From positions 1-41,414 of IMG/VR virus record IMGVR_UViG_3300035548_000639: DNA of 41,414 nt; one strand, written 5' to 3'. Shown in pieces: positions 25,593 to 35,195 of this stretch. Below the pieces are notes generated by a model that was not told the DNA's origin, made no database searches, and saw only the letters and a program-made list of their open reading frames with translations. The position numbers and the translations under genes are program-made. The stretch's first letter is position 1. Each line of letters opens with the position of its first letter. This stretch comes from a virus. Lineage: Duplodnaviria; Caudoviricetes.

Positions 25593-27481
25593 GCAATTTG
25601 CGCACCTCCGTCATTCTGGACCTGGCTGGAAATCTCCAGGGCAAGGCCAGAAGTTATTCCAACGCCATCAGCAACATGGCCAAGCGTGGATCGCGTAGCA
25701 TGGATATGCTGCGTCGGTCCGCGCTTGCGACCGGCCGCGGCCTCGATGCCATGGGCAATCGCTATGTGGCGGCGATCGGCGGCATGGGAGTAGCGTACAA
25801 GGGCGCGCAAGCGGTAATGGCCTCGGGCAACCTCGACAAGCGGCTTATCAGAACGGCTCAAACGGCCGGTGCTACGCGGAAGGCAGCCGCTCTCTTGCGT
25901 CGAGAGCTGCATATCATGTCCCAGTTGACGGGCATCACCGTTGGAAATCTCCTGACCGGCTTTGACAATCTCATTCAGTCCGGCCTCAGTTGGGAAGCAG
26001 CTCTCGCTACCATCACCAACGTCAACCGCGCCATGGGCGTCACCGGAGCACAGTCCGAAGTCCTGACCGGCGGTCTGACCGTGGCGGCCAAGGCCTTTGA
26101 TTTCGACCTGACCAAAGTGGAAACCTCGGCCCTGCTCCTCGACAAGATGACCGTGGCCGGTCGCCTGGGCAATGCCGAGTTGGAAGACTTGGCAGGCATC
26201 TTTGCCCGTGTCGGTGTCAACGCCAAGCGCGCTGGCCTCGATTTTGATTTCACCCTCGGTTTCATCGAGCAGCTCTCCCTCATCGAGAAGAATCCCGAAC
26301 GACTCGCAACCCTGGCCGATTCCACGCTGCGCCTCTTCACCAATCAGAACTACCTGAGAAAGGCGGCCAAGGTGACAAAGGTCAGCTTCTACGATGACGC
26401 TGGCCAGAAGCGTGCCGCCTTCGACGTCCTCGATGACATCGCCGCCAAGTACAGGACGCTGACAACGGACCTCCAGCGCGACAGCTTCATCCAGGCCGCT
26501 TTTGGTGAAGCTGATCTGGACACGCGAAAAGGCCTCTCCATGCTTCTGGGCGGTGATTCGCTGGCCAGCGCCAGAACCATGGCCGCCACCATCAAGGACG
26601 CTTCCGGAACCATCGCTCGGGACTTGCCGGACGCATTGGACAACTCCGTTGACCAGGTAGCGCGCCTGAAGGAAGCCCTCGGCGAAGCGGCCGACCATTT
26701 TTCTCAGCCCATCAACGATGTCATCAACCGAGCAATCAAGCATGTCCTGGACGACAAGAAAGTCTCCGGTACCGAGATGCTCGTTGGCGGAGCCGTGACC
26801 GGTGCCGCCGTTCTCGGCACGGCCAAGATCGTGGGTGGACTTATCCTTTCCCGACTCGGCGGCAAGCTGAAAGGCGGTCTCGGCGGGCTGGCTGGCGGCT
26901 CCGGGCCCATCCCGGTCTATGTCGTCAACAGCAAGATGAGCATGATGCCCGGTGAATATGGCGGCGGTTGGCAGGGCGGCTCCGGCAAAGGCGCGAAAGG
27001 CGCCCGGGCCGGTCGGTCCGGATGGCTTCGTCGAGGTGCAAAATTTCTTGGCCGCAACCGTGGCGCTGCCCGTGGTTTGGGTATGGCTGGTGCGGCACTG
27101 GCCACTGTCGGCTCCGTGGTCGATGTTGCGGACGCCTGGACCGATGATTCAATGACATCCTCGCAGAAATGGGGGCGCACTGCCCAGGCCGGACTGTCCA
27201 CTGCCGGCAGTGTCGGCGGCGGCGCTCTGGGCGCGGCCATCGGCTCCGTGATCCTGCCGGGAGTCGGTACGGTCGTGGGCGGCATGCTCGGCTCCATGGC
27301 CGGCGGCTGGCTCGGTGATCTGGCTGGCGAGTGGCTGACCTCTCCAGACGAACAGGAACGCCCCGAAGCCAAGATGCGCATCGAGGTCAGCGATGATCGC
27401 ACTCGCGTCACCCAGTTGGATTCGCGCGGAATGGAAGTCGATATTGACTCCGGACTTTACATGGTGGGAGCTGGCCGATGA
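25589..27481 (+). CDS. tail tape measure protein
   Basis: Ala/Gly-rich helical protein with GNAELEDL core and PVYVVN motif; expected position. Confidence 0.9.
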   Translation: MSNLRTSVILDLAGNLQGKARSYSNAISNMAKRGSRSMDMLRRSALATGRGLDAMGNRYVAAIGGMGVAYKGAQAVMASGNLDKRLIRTAQTAGATRKAAALLRRELHIMSQLTGITVGNLLTGFDNLIQSGLSWEAALATITNVNRAMGVTGAQSEVLTGGLTVAAKAFDFDLTKVETSALLLDKMTVAGRLGNAELEDLAGIFARVGVNAKRAGLDFDFTLGFIEQLSLIEKNPERLATLADSTLRLFTNQNYLRKAAKVTKVSFYDDAGQKRAAFDVLDDIAAKYRTLTTDLQRDSFIQAAFGEADLDTRKGLSMLLGGDSLASARTMAATIKDASGTIARDLPDALDNSVDQVARLKEALGEAADHFSQPINDVINRAIKHVLDDKKVSGTEMLVGGAVTGAAVLGTAKIVGGLILSRLGGKLKGGLGGLAGGSGPIPVYVVNSKMSMMPGEYGGGWQGGSGKGAKGARAGRSGWLRRGAKFLGRNRGAARGLGMAGAALATVGSVVDVADAWTDDSMTSSQKWGRTAQAGLSTAGSVGGGALGAAIGSVILPGVGTVVGGMLGSMAGGWLGDLAGEWLTSPDEQERPEAKMRIEVSDDRTRVTQLDSRGMEVDIDSGLYMVGAGR

Positions 27482-28659
27482 ATTGGAAAGATCAGCTGAG
27501 AGACGCCTCTTTTCGGGGCAAGCCCTTTTTCGTCAAGGCGCACAAGCGCACTGGCGGCCGTCGATTGGCGGTCAATGAATTTCCGAAAAGGGATAAGCCG
27601 TACAACGAAGATTTAGGGCGCAAAGCGCGAGTTTTCACCCTTGAAGGATATGTCCTGGGCACGGATTACATGGCCGCGCGTGATGCCCTCCTGGAAGCTC
27701 TGGAAGCTGGTGGGCCCGGAGAACTTATCCACCCATATTTCGGCTCCCGAACCGTGGATGTTCAGGAGTTCAATCTGTCCGAAACCACGGCCAAGGGTGG
27801 TATGGCCACGTTCTCCATCACCTTTTGCGAAGGTGGAGAATCCGCTGAGCCCACCGAAAAGGCGGACACGTCCTGGGCCGTCAGCAAATCGGCCGATGCA
27901 GTGACGGAAACATCCGTGGTTGAGTTTTCCGAAACGTTTGACACCAAAGGGCCGGAGTGGGTTCGTATCGAGGCCCTGGAGCGCATCGGTTCCGCTCTCG
28001 ATGCTGCACAAGCAACGATGGATCAGACCGCTTTGCCCGTGAACCTGGTCAGCCAGGTGTCGAATGAAGTGGCCAGTCTGAAAGGCGATGCCTCCACGCT
28101 TCTGGCCACGCCCGGCTCTCTGGCCAGTCGTCTTGTCGGTGTCATCACCAGTTTGCTGACCGTTGGCCTGACCGATCCGCTTGCCGTGATCCGGAGCCTC
28201 TTCTCATATTCCAACCCGGCACCCGCTTCCTCACCGCTTTCGACCATGGGTGCCAAGGCCGAGACCAATGCCGAGGCCGTGGCCGCTCTGGTGCGCCGTG
28301 TCGCCTTGGCCGAAGGTGCCAGAAACGTGTCCGCCATGGCCTTTGAAACGTACGAGGATGGACTGGCCACTCGCGACCTCCTCGCCGATGGCCTGGAGGA
28401 TGAAGCGGCCGTGGCGACCGATCCGGTCTATCTATCGCTGACCGATCTGCGTGTGGCTGTGGTCAAGGACTTCGCTGGACGTTCTTCGCTCCCGCGTCTG
28501 ACCTCGTATCAGCCCGCCGAAACGGTTCCCGCTCTGGTGGTCGCCCATTCCATTTATGGTGATGCAACGCGATCTGACGAGATTTGCACCCGCAACCGTG
28601 TGCGCCATCCAGGAGCCGTACCCGGCGGCAGAGCGCTGGAGGTTTTGACCAATGAATAG
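27478..28659 (+). CDS. DNA circularization protein (Mu gpN)
   Basis: WKDQLRDASFRG...GRR...EDLG...GELIHPYFG. Confidence 0.92.
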   Translation: MNWKDQLRDASFRGKPFFVKAHKRTGGRRLAVNEFPKRDKPYNEDLGRKARVFTLEGYVLGTDYMAARDALLEALEAGGPGELIHPYFGSRTVDVQEFNLSETTAKGGMATFSITFCEGGESAEPTEKADTSWAVSKSADAVTETSVVEFSETFDTKGPEWVRIEALERIGSALDAAQATMDQTALPVNLVSQVSNEVASLKGDASTLLATPGSLASRLVGVITSLLTVGLTDPLAVIRSLFSYSNPAPASSPLSTMGAKAETNAEAVAALVRRVALAEGARNVSAMAFETYEDGLATRDLLADGLEDEAAVATDPVYLSLTDLRVAVVKDFAGRSSLPRLTSYQPAETVPALVVAHSIYGDATRSDEICTRNRVRHPGAVPGGRALEVLTNE

Positions 28660-29689
28660 CCCGGACGTGCGCCTCAAGATCGACGGCCGCGAGTTCGGCG
28701 GCTGGAAGCGGATCACGATTCGACGCGGACTGGAGCAGCTCGCCGCTACCTTCGAGCTCAGCGTGACCGAACGATGGGGTGGCCAGGACGTTGTCCGTCC
28801 GATCGCGCCTGGTTCGGCCTGCACCGTGCTGGTGAGCGGAACGCCTGTCATCATCGGGTACGTCGACGATGTCAGCATAGACTACGGAGATAAGAGTCAC
28901 ACCGTCACCGTATCCGGACGCGACAAGACTGGAGACCTGATCGACTGTTCCGCCCCTTCAACCCAATTTTCCGGCAGGACTCTGGCACAGGTGGCCACTG
29001 ATCTCTGCAAGCCGTTCGGTGTCGGCGTCAAAGTGGCCACTGACATCGGCGGCGAGTTCTCGCGCCTCAAGAACAATGAGGGAGATTCGATTTTCGACAC
29101 CCTGGAACCGGCAGCGCGTATCCGTGCCGTCCTCCTGCTTTCTGATGGTCTCGGTAACCTGGTGTTGTCCAGGACCGGGACGCAGCGCATAAGCGATGCC
29201 CTTGAACTCGGTCGAAACGTCTTCAAGGCGAATGGCAATTTTTCCCATCGGGACCGGTTCAGCAGCTACCAGGTCAAGGGACAGATGGCTGGCACCGACG
29301 AATGGAATACCGAAGACGCAGCGCATCCGCTCGGCACGGCCTCTGATAAGGCCATCAAGCGTCATCGGCCGCTGACCCTGCTGGCCGAGGAACAGGTGGA
29401 CGAATCGTCCGCAAAGGAACGGGCACAGTGGGAACGCAATGTTCGTTATGGCCGGAGCCGACGGATCACCTATACCGTCAAGGGCTGGTATCACTCCGGC
29501 GGTCTCTGGCAGCCGGGCTTCATGGTGCCGGTCAAGGATTCGTTCCTGGGCGTGAATGGCGATCGCCTCATATCCGGGGTCAATCTGACCCTTGATGAGG
29601 GCGGTTTCAACGCCCGATTGGACGTGCTGCCGCGAGAGGCTTTCGAGCACATTGAGCTGCCCGAGCCTGGGGAGGACGAAGCATGGTAG
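28652..29689 (+). CDS. baseplate hub (Mu gpP/gp44)
   Basis: GW..ITI.RGLE...GRDKTGDLIDCS...RFS.Y.VKGQ. Confidence 0.92.
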   Translation: MNSPDVRLKIDGREFGGWKRITIRRGLEQLAATFELSVTERWGGQDVVRPIAPGSACTVLVSGTPVIIGYVDDVSIDYGDKSHTVTVSGRDKTGDLIDCSAPSTQFSGRTLAQVATDLCKPFGVGVKVATDIGGEFSRLKNNEGDSIFDTLEPAARIRAVLLLSDGLGNLVLSRTGTQRISDALELGRNVFKANGNFSHRDRFSSYQVKGQMAGTDEWNTEDAAHPLGTASDKAIKRHRPLTLLAEEQVDESSAKERAQWERNVRYGRSRRITYTVKGWYHSGGLWQPGFMVPVKDSFLGVNGDRLISGVNLTLDEGGFNARLDVLPREAFEHIELPEPGEDEAW

Positions 29690-30240
29690 TCCGTACCGTA
29701 GCCAAGATGCTCCGGCCGATCAGGAACAGGATCACGCTTATGGTTTCCCGTGCCGTTTTGACCCTGATCGACGACGAAACCACCCTCCAGGAGCTCCAGG
29801 CCCGTATTCTGGGCGATGAATTGCTCGATGAGCTGGAGCGTTTCCAGCAATACGGTTTCACCTCTGTTCCGCATCCCGGAGCCGAGGCTATCACCCTGTC
29901 CGTTGGTGGCCATCGATCGCACACTGTCGTCATCAATGTGGATGATCGGCGGTACCGACTCAAGGGCATGAAAGGCGGCGAGGTGGCTCTGTACACCGAT
30001 GAAGGGGACTACATCCATTTCCAGCGTGGCAAGATCGTGAAGATGAAGGCCGGGAACGAACTGATCCTGGACACTCCGATTGTGCGTGCTCTCGGAAGGA
30101 TCGAGGCGCAGGACGACATCCTTGACCGGGCCGGTTCCGGCAACGCTCGGACCGTGCGCGGAATGCGCGAAGTTTTCAATGACCATGACCATCCGGGTGA
30201 CAGTGGCGGAACCACTGGCCAGCCGAATCAGGAGCAGTAA
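29683..30240 (+). CDS. baseplate spike (Mu gp45)
   Basis: QQYGFTSVP..GAE...DDRRYR...GEVALY...HDH. Confidence 0.92.
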   Translation: MVVRTVAKMLRPIRNRITLMVSRAVLTLIDDETTLQELQARILGDELLDELERFQQYGFTSVPHPGAEAITLSVGGHRSHTVVINVDDRRYRLKGMKGGEVALYTDEGDYIHFQRGKIVKMKAGNELILDTPIVRALGRIEAQDDILDRAGSGNARTVRGMREVFNDHDHPGDSGGTTGQPNQEQ

Positions 30241-30684
30241 ATGGACGCCGGATTGATCTGGAAAGAGATGGGTGCCGACCTCGCCATCGAGGACTTGGCC
30301 CTTGTCAGGGATGACGGACTGAAAACCGCCGTTGTCCTGTCCCTGTTCGTCGATCGCCGCGCCGATCCCGACGATGTCCTTCCGGACAATACCGGCGATC
30401 GCCGGGGATGGTGGGCCGATGCCTATTCCGAGATGGAAGACGACAAGATCGGCTCGCGCCTCTGGCTTCTCAGCCGGGAAAAGCAGATGCCCTCTGTGCT
30501 CCTGAAGGCGCGGGAATATGCCGAGGAAGCCCTGGCATGGCTGGTGGATGATGCCGTGGCCGAGTCCGTAACTGTTGAAACGTGGTGGGTCCGCACCGGC
30601 ACTCTCGGCCTTCTGGCCAGGATAGTGCGTCCGGACGCTCCCGCCATCGAGTATAAATTCGAGTACCTCTGGGAGGGAATGTAA
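30241..30684 (+). CDS. baseplate wedge protein (Mu gp46)
   Basis: AVVLSLFVD.RA...RGWWAD...GSRLWLL.REK. Confidence 0.92.
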   Translation: MDAGLIWKEMGADLAIEDLALVRDDGLKTAVVLSLFVDRRADPDDVLPDNTGDRRGWWADAYSEMEDDKIGSRLWLLSREKQMPSVLLKAREYAEEALAWLVDDAVAESVTVETWWVRTGTLGLLARIVRPDAPAIEYKFEYLWEGM

Positions 30685-31742
30685 TGCCTTTTGAGCGTCC
30701 GAACCTGTCGGAACTGATCAGCCGCGCCGTGGCCGACATCGAGAGCCGCCTTGATGGAGCTGATGCCACCTTGCGCCGTGCTCTGCTCAACATACTGGCC
30801 AAGATGCAGGCCGGGTCCATTCATGGCCTGTACGGCTACCTTGATTGGATAGCCTTGCAGGGCATGCCGGACAAGGCCGAGAAAGAACACCTTGAGCGTT
30901 GGGCCTCTATTTGGGGCAAGAAGCGCAAAGCCTCGTCAAAGTCCTCTGGGCCCATCACGTTCAACGGATCGGATGGAAGCGTTCTCCCGATCGGCACGTT
31001 GTGGAAACGGGGCGATGGTTTTGAATATGAAACCACCACCGAGGGAGTTGTCGCTGGCGGCACCGCGGAAGTGTCTATCGAGGCAATCGTGGCCGGGGCA
31101 GACTCCAACGCTCCCGAAGGCACTCAGCTCAAGTTGTTGTCTCCTGTTGTCGGAGTCCAGAGCACGGCCGTCACCGGCGAACTCGCTGGCGGTGCCGACA
31201 CGGAACTCGACGATGATCTGCGCTCCCGGCTTCTGACGAGAATTCGCCAGGCTCCGCATGGTGGAGCCGATTTCGACTATGTGGAATGGGCGCTCGATGT
31301 CGCTGGCGTTTCCCGCGCCTGGGCGTACCCTCGCGAGCTCGGCGCCGGTACCGTGACGGTCCGCTTCATGACCGACGGTCTGACCGCAGACGGTATCCCT
31401 TCCGCGGAGTCCGTGACGGCGGTGCAGTCTTATATAGATAATGTACGCCCTGTGACCGCTGACGTGACTGTCATCGCGCCCGTGCCCGTGGCCATGAATC
31501 CCACCATCAATCTGAACCCCAACAGCGCGGCGGTACAGGCTGCCGTGAAAGCGGAACTCTCCGATCTTCTCAAACGCGAGGCTGTTCCCGGCGCGACGAT
31601 CCTGGTTAGCCATCTGCGTGAAGCCATCTCCATCGCCATGGGCGAGACCGATCACGTCCTCGTCTCGCCGACGGCGGATGTCGACCATACCACTGGCCAG
31701 ATTCCGGTCCTCGGAACCATCACCTGGGGAGACCTGTCATGA
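30684..31742 (+). CDS. baseplate J-like protein (Mu gp47)
   Basis: GGADTE.D..LR.R...GG...DY..WA...GV.RAW...G.GTV.V. Confidence 0.92.
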   Translation: MPFERPNLSELISRAVADIESRLDGADATLRRALLNILAKMQAGSIHGLYGYLDWIALQGMPDKAEKEHLERWASIWGKKRKASSKSSGPITFNGSDGSVLPIGTLWKRGDGFEYETTTEGVVAGGTAEVSIEAIVAGADSNAPEGTQLKLLSPVVGVQSTAVTGELAGGADTELDDDLRSRLLTRIRQAPHGGADFDYVEWALDVAGVSRAWAYPRELGAGTVTVRFMTDGLTADGIPSAESVTAVQSYIDNVRPVTADVTVIAPVPVAMNPTINLNPNSAAVQAAVKAELSDLLKREAVPGATILVSHLREAISIAMGETDHVLVSPTADVDHTTGQIPVLGTITWGDLS

Positions 31743-32326
31743 TGAACGCCGCACAGTACCGTGATCAACTGCTGGCTCTGGCTCCTCCCGGCAAGGCTTT
31801 GCCTACAGAGTTGGAGAGCGTGTTCGCCTTGCTCCTGTTGGCCATGGCCGATGAGCAAGCCAGGGTCGACGGCCGCGCGGATGACGTTCTTATCGAGCTC
31901 GATCCCCGAACCGCCACCGAACTGCTTTCAGATTGGGAACGCGTTTGCGGCCTTCCCGGTCAGTGCTCCAGGGCATCGGAGACCATCCAGGAACGCCGAG
32001 AATCGGCGCACCTCGTAATCACCGCCCAGGGGGGCCAGAGTCCGGCCTATTTCGAGGAAGCGGCCGCAACCCTCGGCGTGGCTGCAACGGTGGAAGAGTT
32101 CCGCCCTTTTCGTGCTGGTCAATCGTCTGCCGGAGAGCCTTTGACAAATGAACCTTGGACGCACGCATGGTTAATGCGTGGGCCGGAAGAGATCGTGAAA
32201 CCCTTTGTTGCTGGCGGGAGCTCTGCCGGTGATCCTTTGGCTAAGTGGGGCAATGAGGCGCTTGAGTGTCACATCTCGCGGCTTGCTCCGGCTCATACGA
32301 TCGTAACCTTTGCATACGGAGATTAG
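31739..32326 (+). CDS. YmfQ/DUF2313 baseplate protein (Mu gp48)
   Basis: L.L.PPG.A...E.DPRT..ELL.DWER..GLP...LEC....LAPAHT. Confidence 0.9.
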   Translation: MMNAAQYRDQLLALAPPGKALPTELESVFALLLLAMADEQARVDGRADDVLIELDPRTATELLSDWERVCGLPGQCSRASETIQERRESAHLVITAQGGQSPAYFEEAAATLGVAATVEEFRPFRAGQSSAGEPLTNEPWTHAWLMRGPEEIVKPFVAGGSSAGDPLAKWGNEALECHISRLAPAHTIVTFAYGD

Positions 32327-32328
32327 TA

Positions 32329-33501
32329 ATGGACAGAATCAAAACCAGTAGCGCGACTGAGAACAATCTCTTCACGGAAGGGAACCCGGCTCAGGGAGTG
32401 CCTGCAACCGAAGTGTCAGCTAAATGGTTGAACGACGTGCAGGAGGAAATTGCAAATGTTATCGAGGCGGAAGGGATTGTGCTCGATGAGACGAAACAGG
32501 ATCAGCTCAAAACGGCTATTCAGTCGATGATTGCCGCCATTCCTGCCCCTGAGGCCAAAGACTTGATCGCTCGCGATGGCATTATCCTTAACGCCTTCCG
32601 GATAGCCGAGTACACCGCACTCGCAACCGGGAGTCTCGTCGAAGGCTATGAGTGGCTGCTTCGTGCAGCGTCTGAAATGAATTTGACCAATGCCTTTTAC
32701 GATACCAGCGGATCGCTCATCACCAACGTCACGCCTACTAGCTATGACAACCCTATGGGCATGGGAGATCGCACCGGTCAGATCGGCGTGACCATGTCCT
32801 TTACGTCCAATGGTGGCGAGCCTGGCTCTTATTTGATTAATGGCACAACAGGCAGTGGTATCACGGTTAAGTCGGTGACACCCGTTGTGGGTCAGACGAT
32901 CACGTTTGATTTTGGTGCCCCTCAGTATATAAGCGAAGCCCGTGGTTACTGGATGGCCACAGATGGTACCTGGAAATGGCAATATTCAGACGACAATTCG
33001 GTTTGGTCGGACGTTCCCGGAAGCACATTCCTCAAAGGTGGAGACACGCCCACCCAGGATATCCCGTTGGCTCCTGTTGGTGCTCATCGTTATTGGCGCA
33101 TGATTGGTGTTGAGGGCTATACCACCAACAATTGGTGGCAAGAAATGGAGTTCAAGATTCTGGCTGCCGCTGATCGTCAAAAGATGAACATGGCCGCAAC
33201 GGCTGCCGCCTCCATCACAGCTTCGGCCCAACCCGATGATGCAACCCTGTACTTCATCCACCAGGCCGTGGATGTCGTGACCATGGGAACCGATTGCAAA
33301 GTATCTATGACCCGCGACGGCGGAACTACCTGGGCGGAAGGGACCATTGAAATGGTCGCTGACTATGACGGTTCCTATCAGTTTTACAAGGCAAATGCCG
33401 ACCTCACTAGCCAACCAGCTGGTACGTCCATGAACTTCAAGATCGAAACATTCAACCTGAAAGAGCAGCGTGTTCACACGATTGCCGAGCAATGGGGGTA
33501 A
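32329..33501 (+). CDS. tail fibre / receptor-binding protein
   Basis: MDRI...FTEGNP..G.PAT.V...WLN.VQEE N-terminus; central discoidin/F5-8-like beta domain (DFGAPQ...QYSDD...HRYWR). Confidence 0.85.
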   Translation: MDRIKTSSATENNLFTEGNPAQGVPATEVSAKWLNDVQEEIANVIEAEGIVLDETKQDQLKTAIQSMIAAIPAPEAKDLIARDGIILNAFRIAEYTALATGSLVEGYEWLLRAASEMNLTNAFYDTSGSLITNVTPTSYDNPMGMGDRTGQIGVTMSFTSNGGEPGSYLINGTTGSGITVKSVTPVVGQTITFDFGAPQYISEARGYWMATDGTWKWQYSDDNSVWSDVPGSTFLKGGDTPTQDIPLAPVGAHRYWRMIGVEGYTTNNWWQEMEFKILAAADRQKMNMAATAAASITASAQPDDATLYFIHQAVDVVTMGTDCKVSMTRDGGTTWAEGTIEMVADYDGSYQFYKANADLTSQPAGTSMNFKIETFNLKEQRVHTIAEQWG

Positions 33502-33504
33502 ATC

Positions 33505-33678
33505 ATGGAAGGAAAAAGCTACAAGCGTCTGCGACGAGAGGCGTACCTGAAAAAGTGGCCCATGCATAAGCAGCTGGAGGCCATGCAGGATAAAGAGGCG
33601 GGCGATACTACTTTGTGGGATCAGATGCAGGTTGATTTCGCTGCCATTCGGGATGAATACCCGAAGCCCGCAGCATAG
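33505..33678 (+). CDS. small tail-fibre-associated protein (57 aa, missing from ORF track)
   Basis: MEGKSYKRLRREAYLKKWPMHKQLEA...IRDEYPKPAA; starts 3 nt after the fibre stop. Confidence 0.7.
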   Translation: MEGKSYKRLRREAYLKKWPMHKQLEAMQDKEAGDTTLWDQMQVDFAAIRDEYPKPAA

Positions 33679-33728
33679 CCCACGACCACATAGCTCGTTG
33701 ACAATTGAATATGAACTGAAAAGACAAT

Positions 33729-33754
33729 GGCCCGCCGGATTGATCCGGCGGGCC
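33729..33754. other. GC-rich inverted repeat after tail genes
   Basis: GGCCCGCCGGAT-TG-ATCCGGCGGGCC; no clear U-tract. Confidence 0.7.
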
Positions 33755-33902
33755 GTCCAAGAGGAACAGGCGGGGGCGATTGCGCGCCCCCACTGGCGCT
33801 GTGCTGCTACACAGCTCCACAGGCCGTAGCCCGCTGCTCCATTCCCCTGATCAGGGTGAAAAGTAGGTAACAGGTGACGGCTCAACCGTAAAGACGTGCA
33901 AA

Positions 33903-34058
33903 ATGAAGGAATTCCGCTGTTGGCGATGCAACCGCTTACTGGCAAAGGAAGACATTAGAGGAGAACTGAGCATCAAGTGTCCGAAATGCCGGGCCATGAA
34001 CAATCTGAGGACCAAGAGTCCCAGCCGAGAGTCCCAGGAGGACCGCTCGGAGAAGTGA
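33903..34058 (+). CDS. com: Com-family zinc-ribbon translational regulator (51 aa, missing from ORF track)
   Basis: MKEFRCWRCNRLLAKE...IKCPKCRAMN; directly upstream of the MTase. Confidence 0.85.
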   Translation: MKEFRCWRCNRLLAKEDIRGELSIKCPKCRAMNNLRTKSPSRESQEDRSEK

Positions 34059-34059
34059 A

Positions 34060-34809
34060 GTGATACAGATAGGAGACGCCAAGGTGTACCAGGGCGAGGC
34101 CCTGGGCATCCTCGGCACATTGGAAGATTGCAGCGTTGACGCGATCCTGACCGACCCGCCGTATTCCAGCGGCGGCGTAAGCCTCGGCCAAAAGCAACGG
34201 GCGACGTCGGACAAGTACCAGAGCACCAACGCCAAGAAGCGCTTCCCGGATTTCAGCGGAGACAGCCGCGACCAGCGCTCTTTCATGTCCTGGGCTACCC
34301 TCTGGCTGGCCGAATGCTACAGAGTGGCCAAGCCTGGATCGGTGTGCATGATGTTCACCGACTGGCGGCAGCTCCCCACCATGAGCGACGCCCTCCAAGC
34401 CGGAGGCTGGCAATGGCGGCGAATCGTCGTCTGGGACAATCCCACGGCCCGGCCCAGCAAGGGCGAGTTCAAGAACCAATGTGAATTCGTCCTGGTAGGC
34501 TCCAAGGAGAAGTTTGAGCGGGTGCATGACCGTTGCTTGCCCGGCATATTCCGCCAGTCCATCGTGTCCGGCGCTGCCCGTAAGCACATGACCGAAAAGC
34601 CCGTCCCCCTGCTGCGAAACCTCCTGGAGATCGCAACCGAGGGCGGCACGATCCTGGACCCGTTCATGGGTTCCGGCTCCACTGGCCAGGCTTGTCTCGA
34701 GACGGCCCGTAAGTTTATCGGCATCGAAATGTCGGATGCCTACTTCGAGATCGCAACCAACCGCCTCAGCGAACTCACCTCCTGGGGCTGCGGTCCAACC
34801 TCGACCTAA
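34060..34809 (+). CDS. N6-A/N4-C DNA methyltransferase (beta class) in the mom position
   Basis: TDPPY catalytic motif precedes H.TEKP and DPFMGSGST SAM-binding motif. Confidence 0.92.
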   Translation: MIQIGDAKVYQGEALGILGTLEDCSVDAILTDPPYSSGGVSLGQKQRATSDKYQSTNAKKRFPDFSGDSRDQRSFMSWATLWLAECYRVAKPGSVCMMFTDWRQLPTMSDALQAGGWQWRRIVVWDNPTARPSKGEFKNQCEFVLVGSKEKFERVHDRCLPGIFRQSIVSGAARKHMTEKPVPLLRNLLEIATEGGTILDPFMGSGSTGQACLETARKFIGIEMSDAYFEIATNRLSELTSWGCGPTST

Positions 34810-34820
34810 TACATATAGAT

Positions 34821-34860
34821 AGGGTCACGCCAAAAATCTTTGACGTGACCCTTTGTTTTT
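34821..34860 (+). terminator. intrinsic terminator at the end of the prophage late region
   Basis: AGGGTCACGCCAAA/TTTGACGTGACCCT stem followed by TTGTTTTT. Confidence 0.8.
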
Positions 34861-34940
34861 GAAACAGTCTTTCAAAATATGAAACAAGGAAGGCGAGGGG
34901 GATTATCTCACAGTTCGCCGCGAATTTTCGCGCGCGGCTT

Positions 34941-35020
34941 TACCCTCTCCCCTTCCCCCGGACCCCCATCCTCTCTCCCTTCCCAAACTCTTTGGCTCGC
35001 TTCGCGGGAGGGTTGCGGAC
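34941..35020. repeat. pyrimidine-rich putative host intergenic repeat at the prophage junction
   Basis: TACCCTCTCCCCTTCCCCCGGACCCCCATCC...GCTTCGCGG resembles intergenic repeats recalled from Desulfovibrionaceae; only one copy in the window. Confidence 0.4.
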
Positions 35021-35195
35021 GGAAAAGCTTTGAATCAAAGCCCCGTCCGAGAGTGGGGTTTGGGTTGATATAGATTTCAGGTCAAAGGACACGGGCTGTC
35101 GGCCCATGCCCACACGCTGTCGAGGCTTCTCCGCTTACTTCTCGGAAAGGCCCGGCAACGCGAAACCAAGAGGTTTTCCTCTCGCATCTTCATTG

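Larger units (their letters stand above)
1..34944. mobile_element. Mu-like (B3/BcepMu-type organisation) transposable prophage with contractile tail; left end outside window
   Basis: Contiguous transposase + AAA ATPase + Mor/GemA + repressor + Mu-type head/tail/baseplate + com/MTase gene set; the sequence changes to host-like genes after ~34.95 kb; right boundary approximate. Confidence 0.95.

Noticed and set aside
32329-34060. Diversity-generating retroelement or invertible tail-fibre cassette
   Set aside because: No reverse transcriptase, invertase, template/variable repeat pair or flanking inverted sites seen
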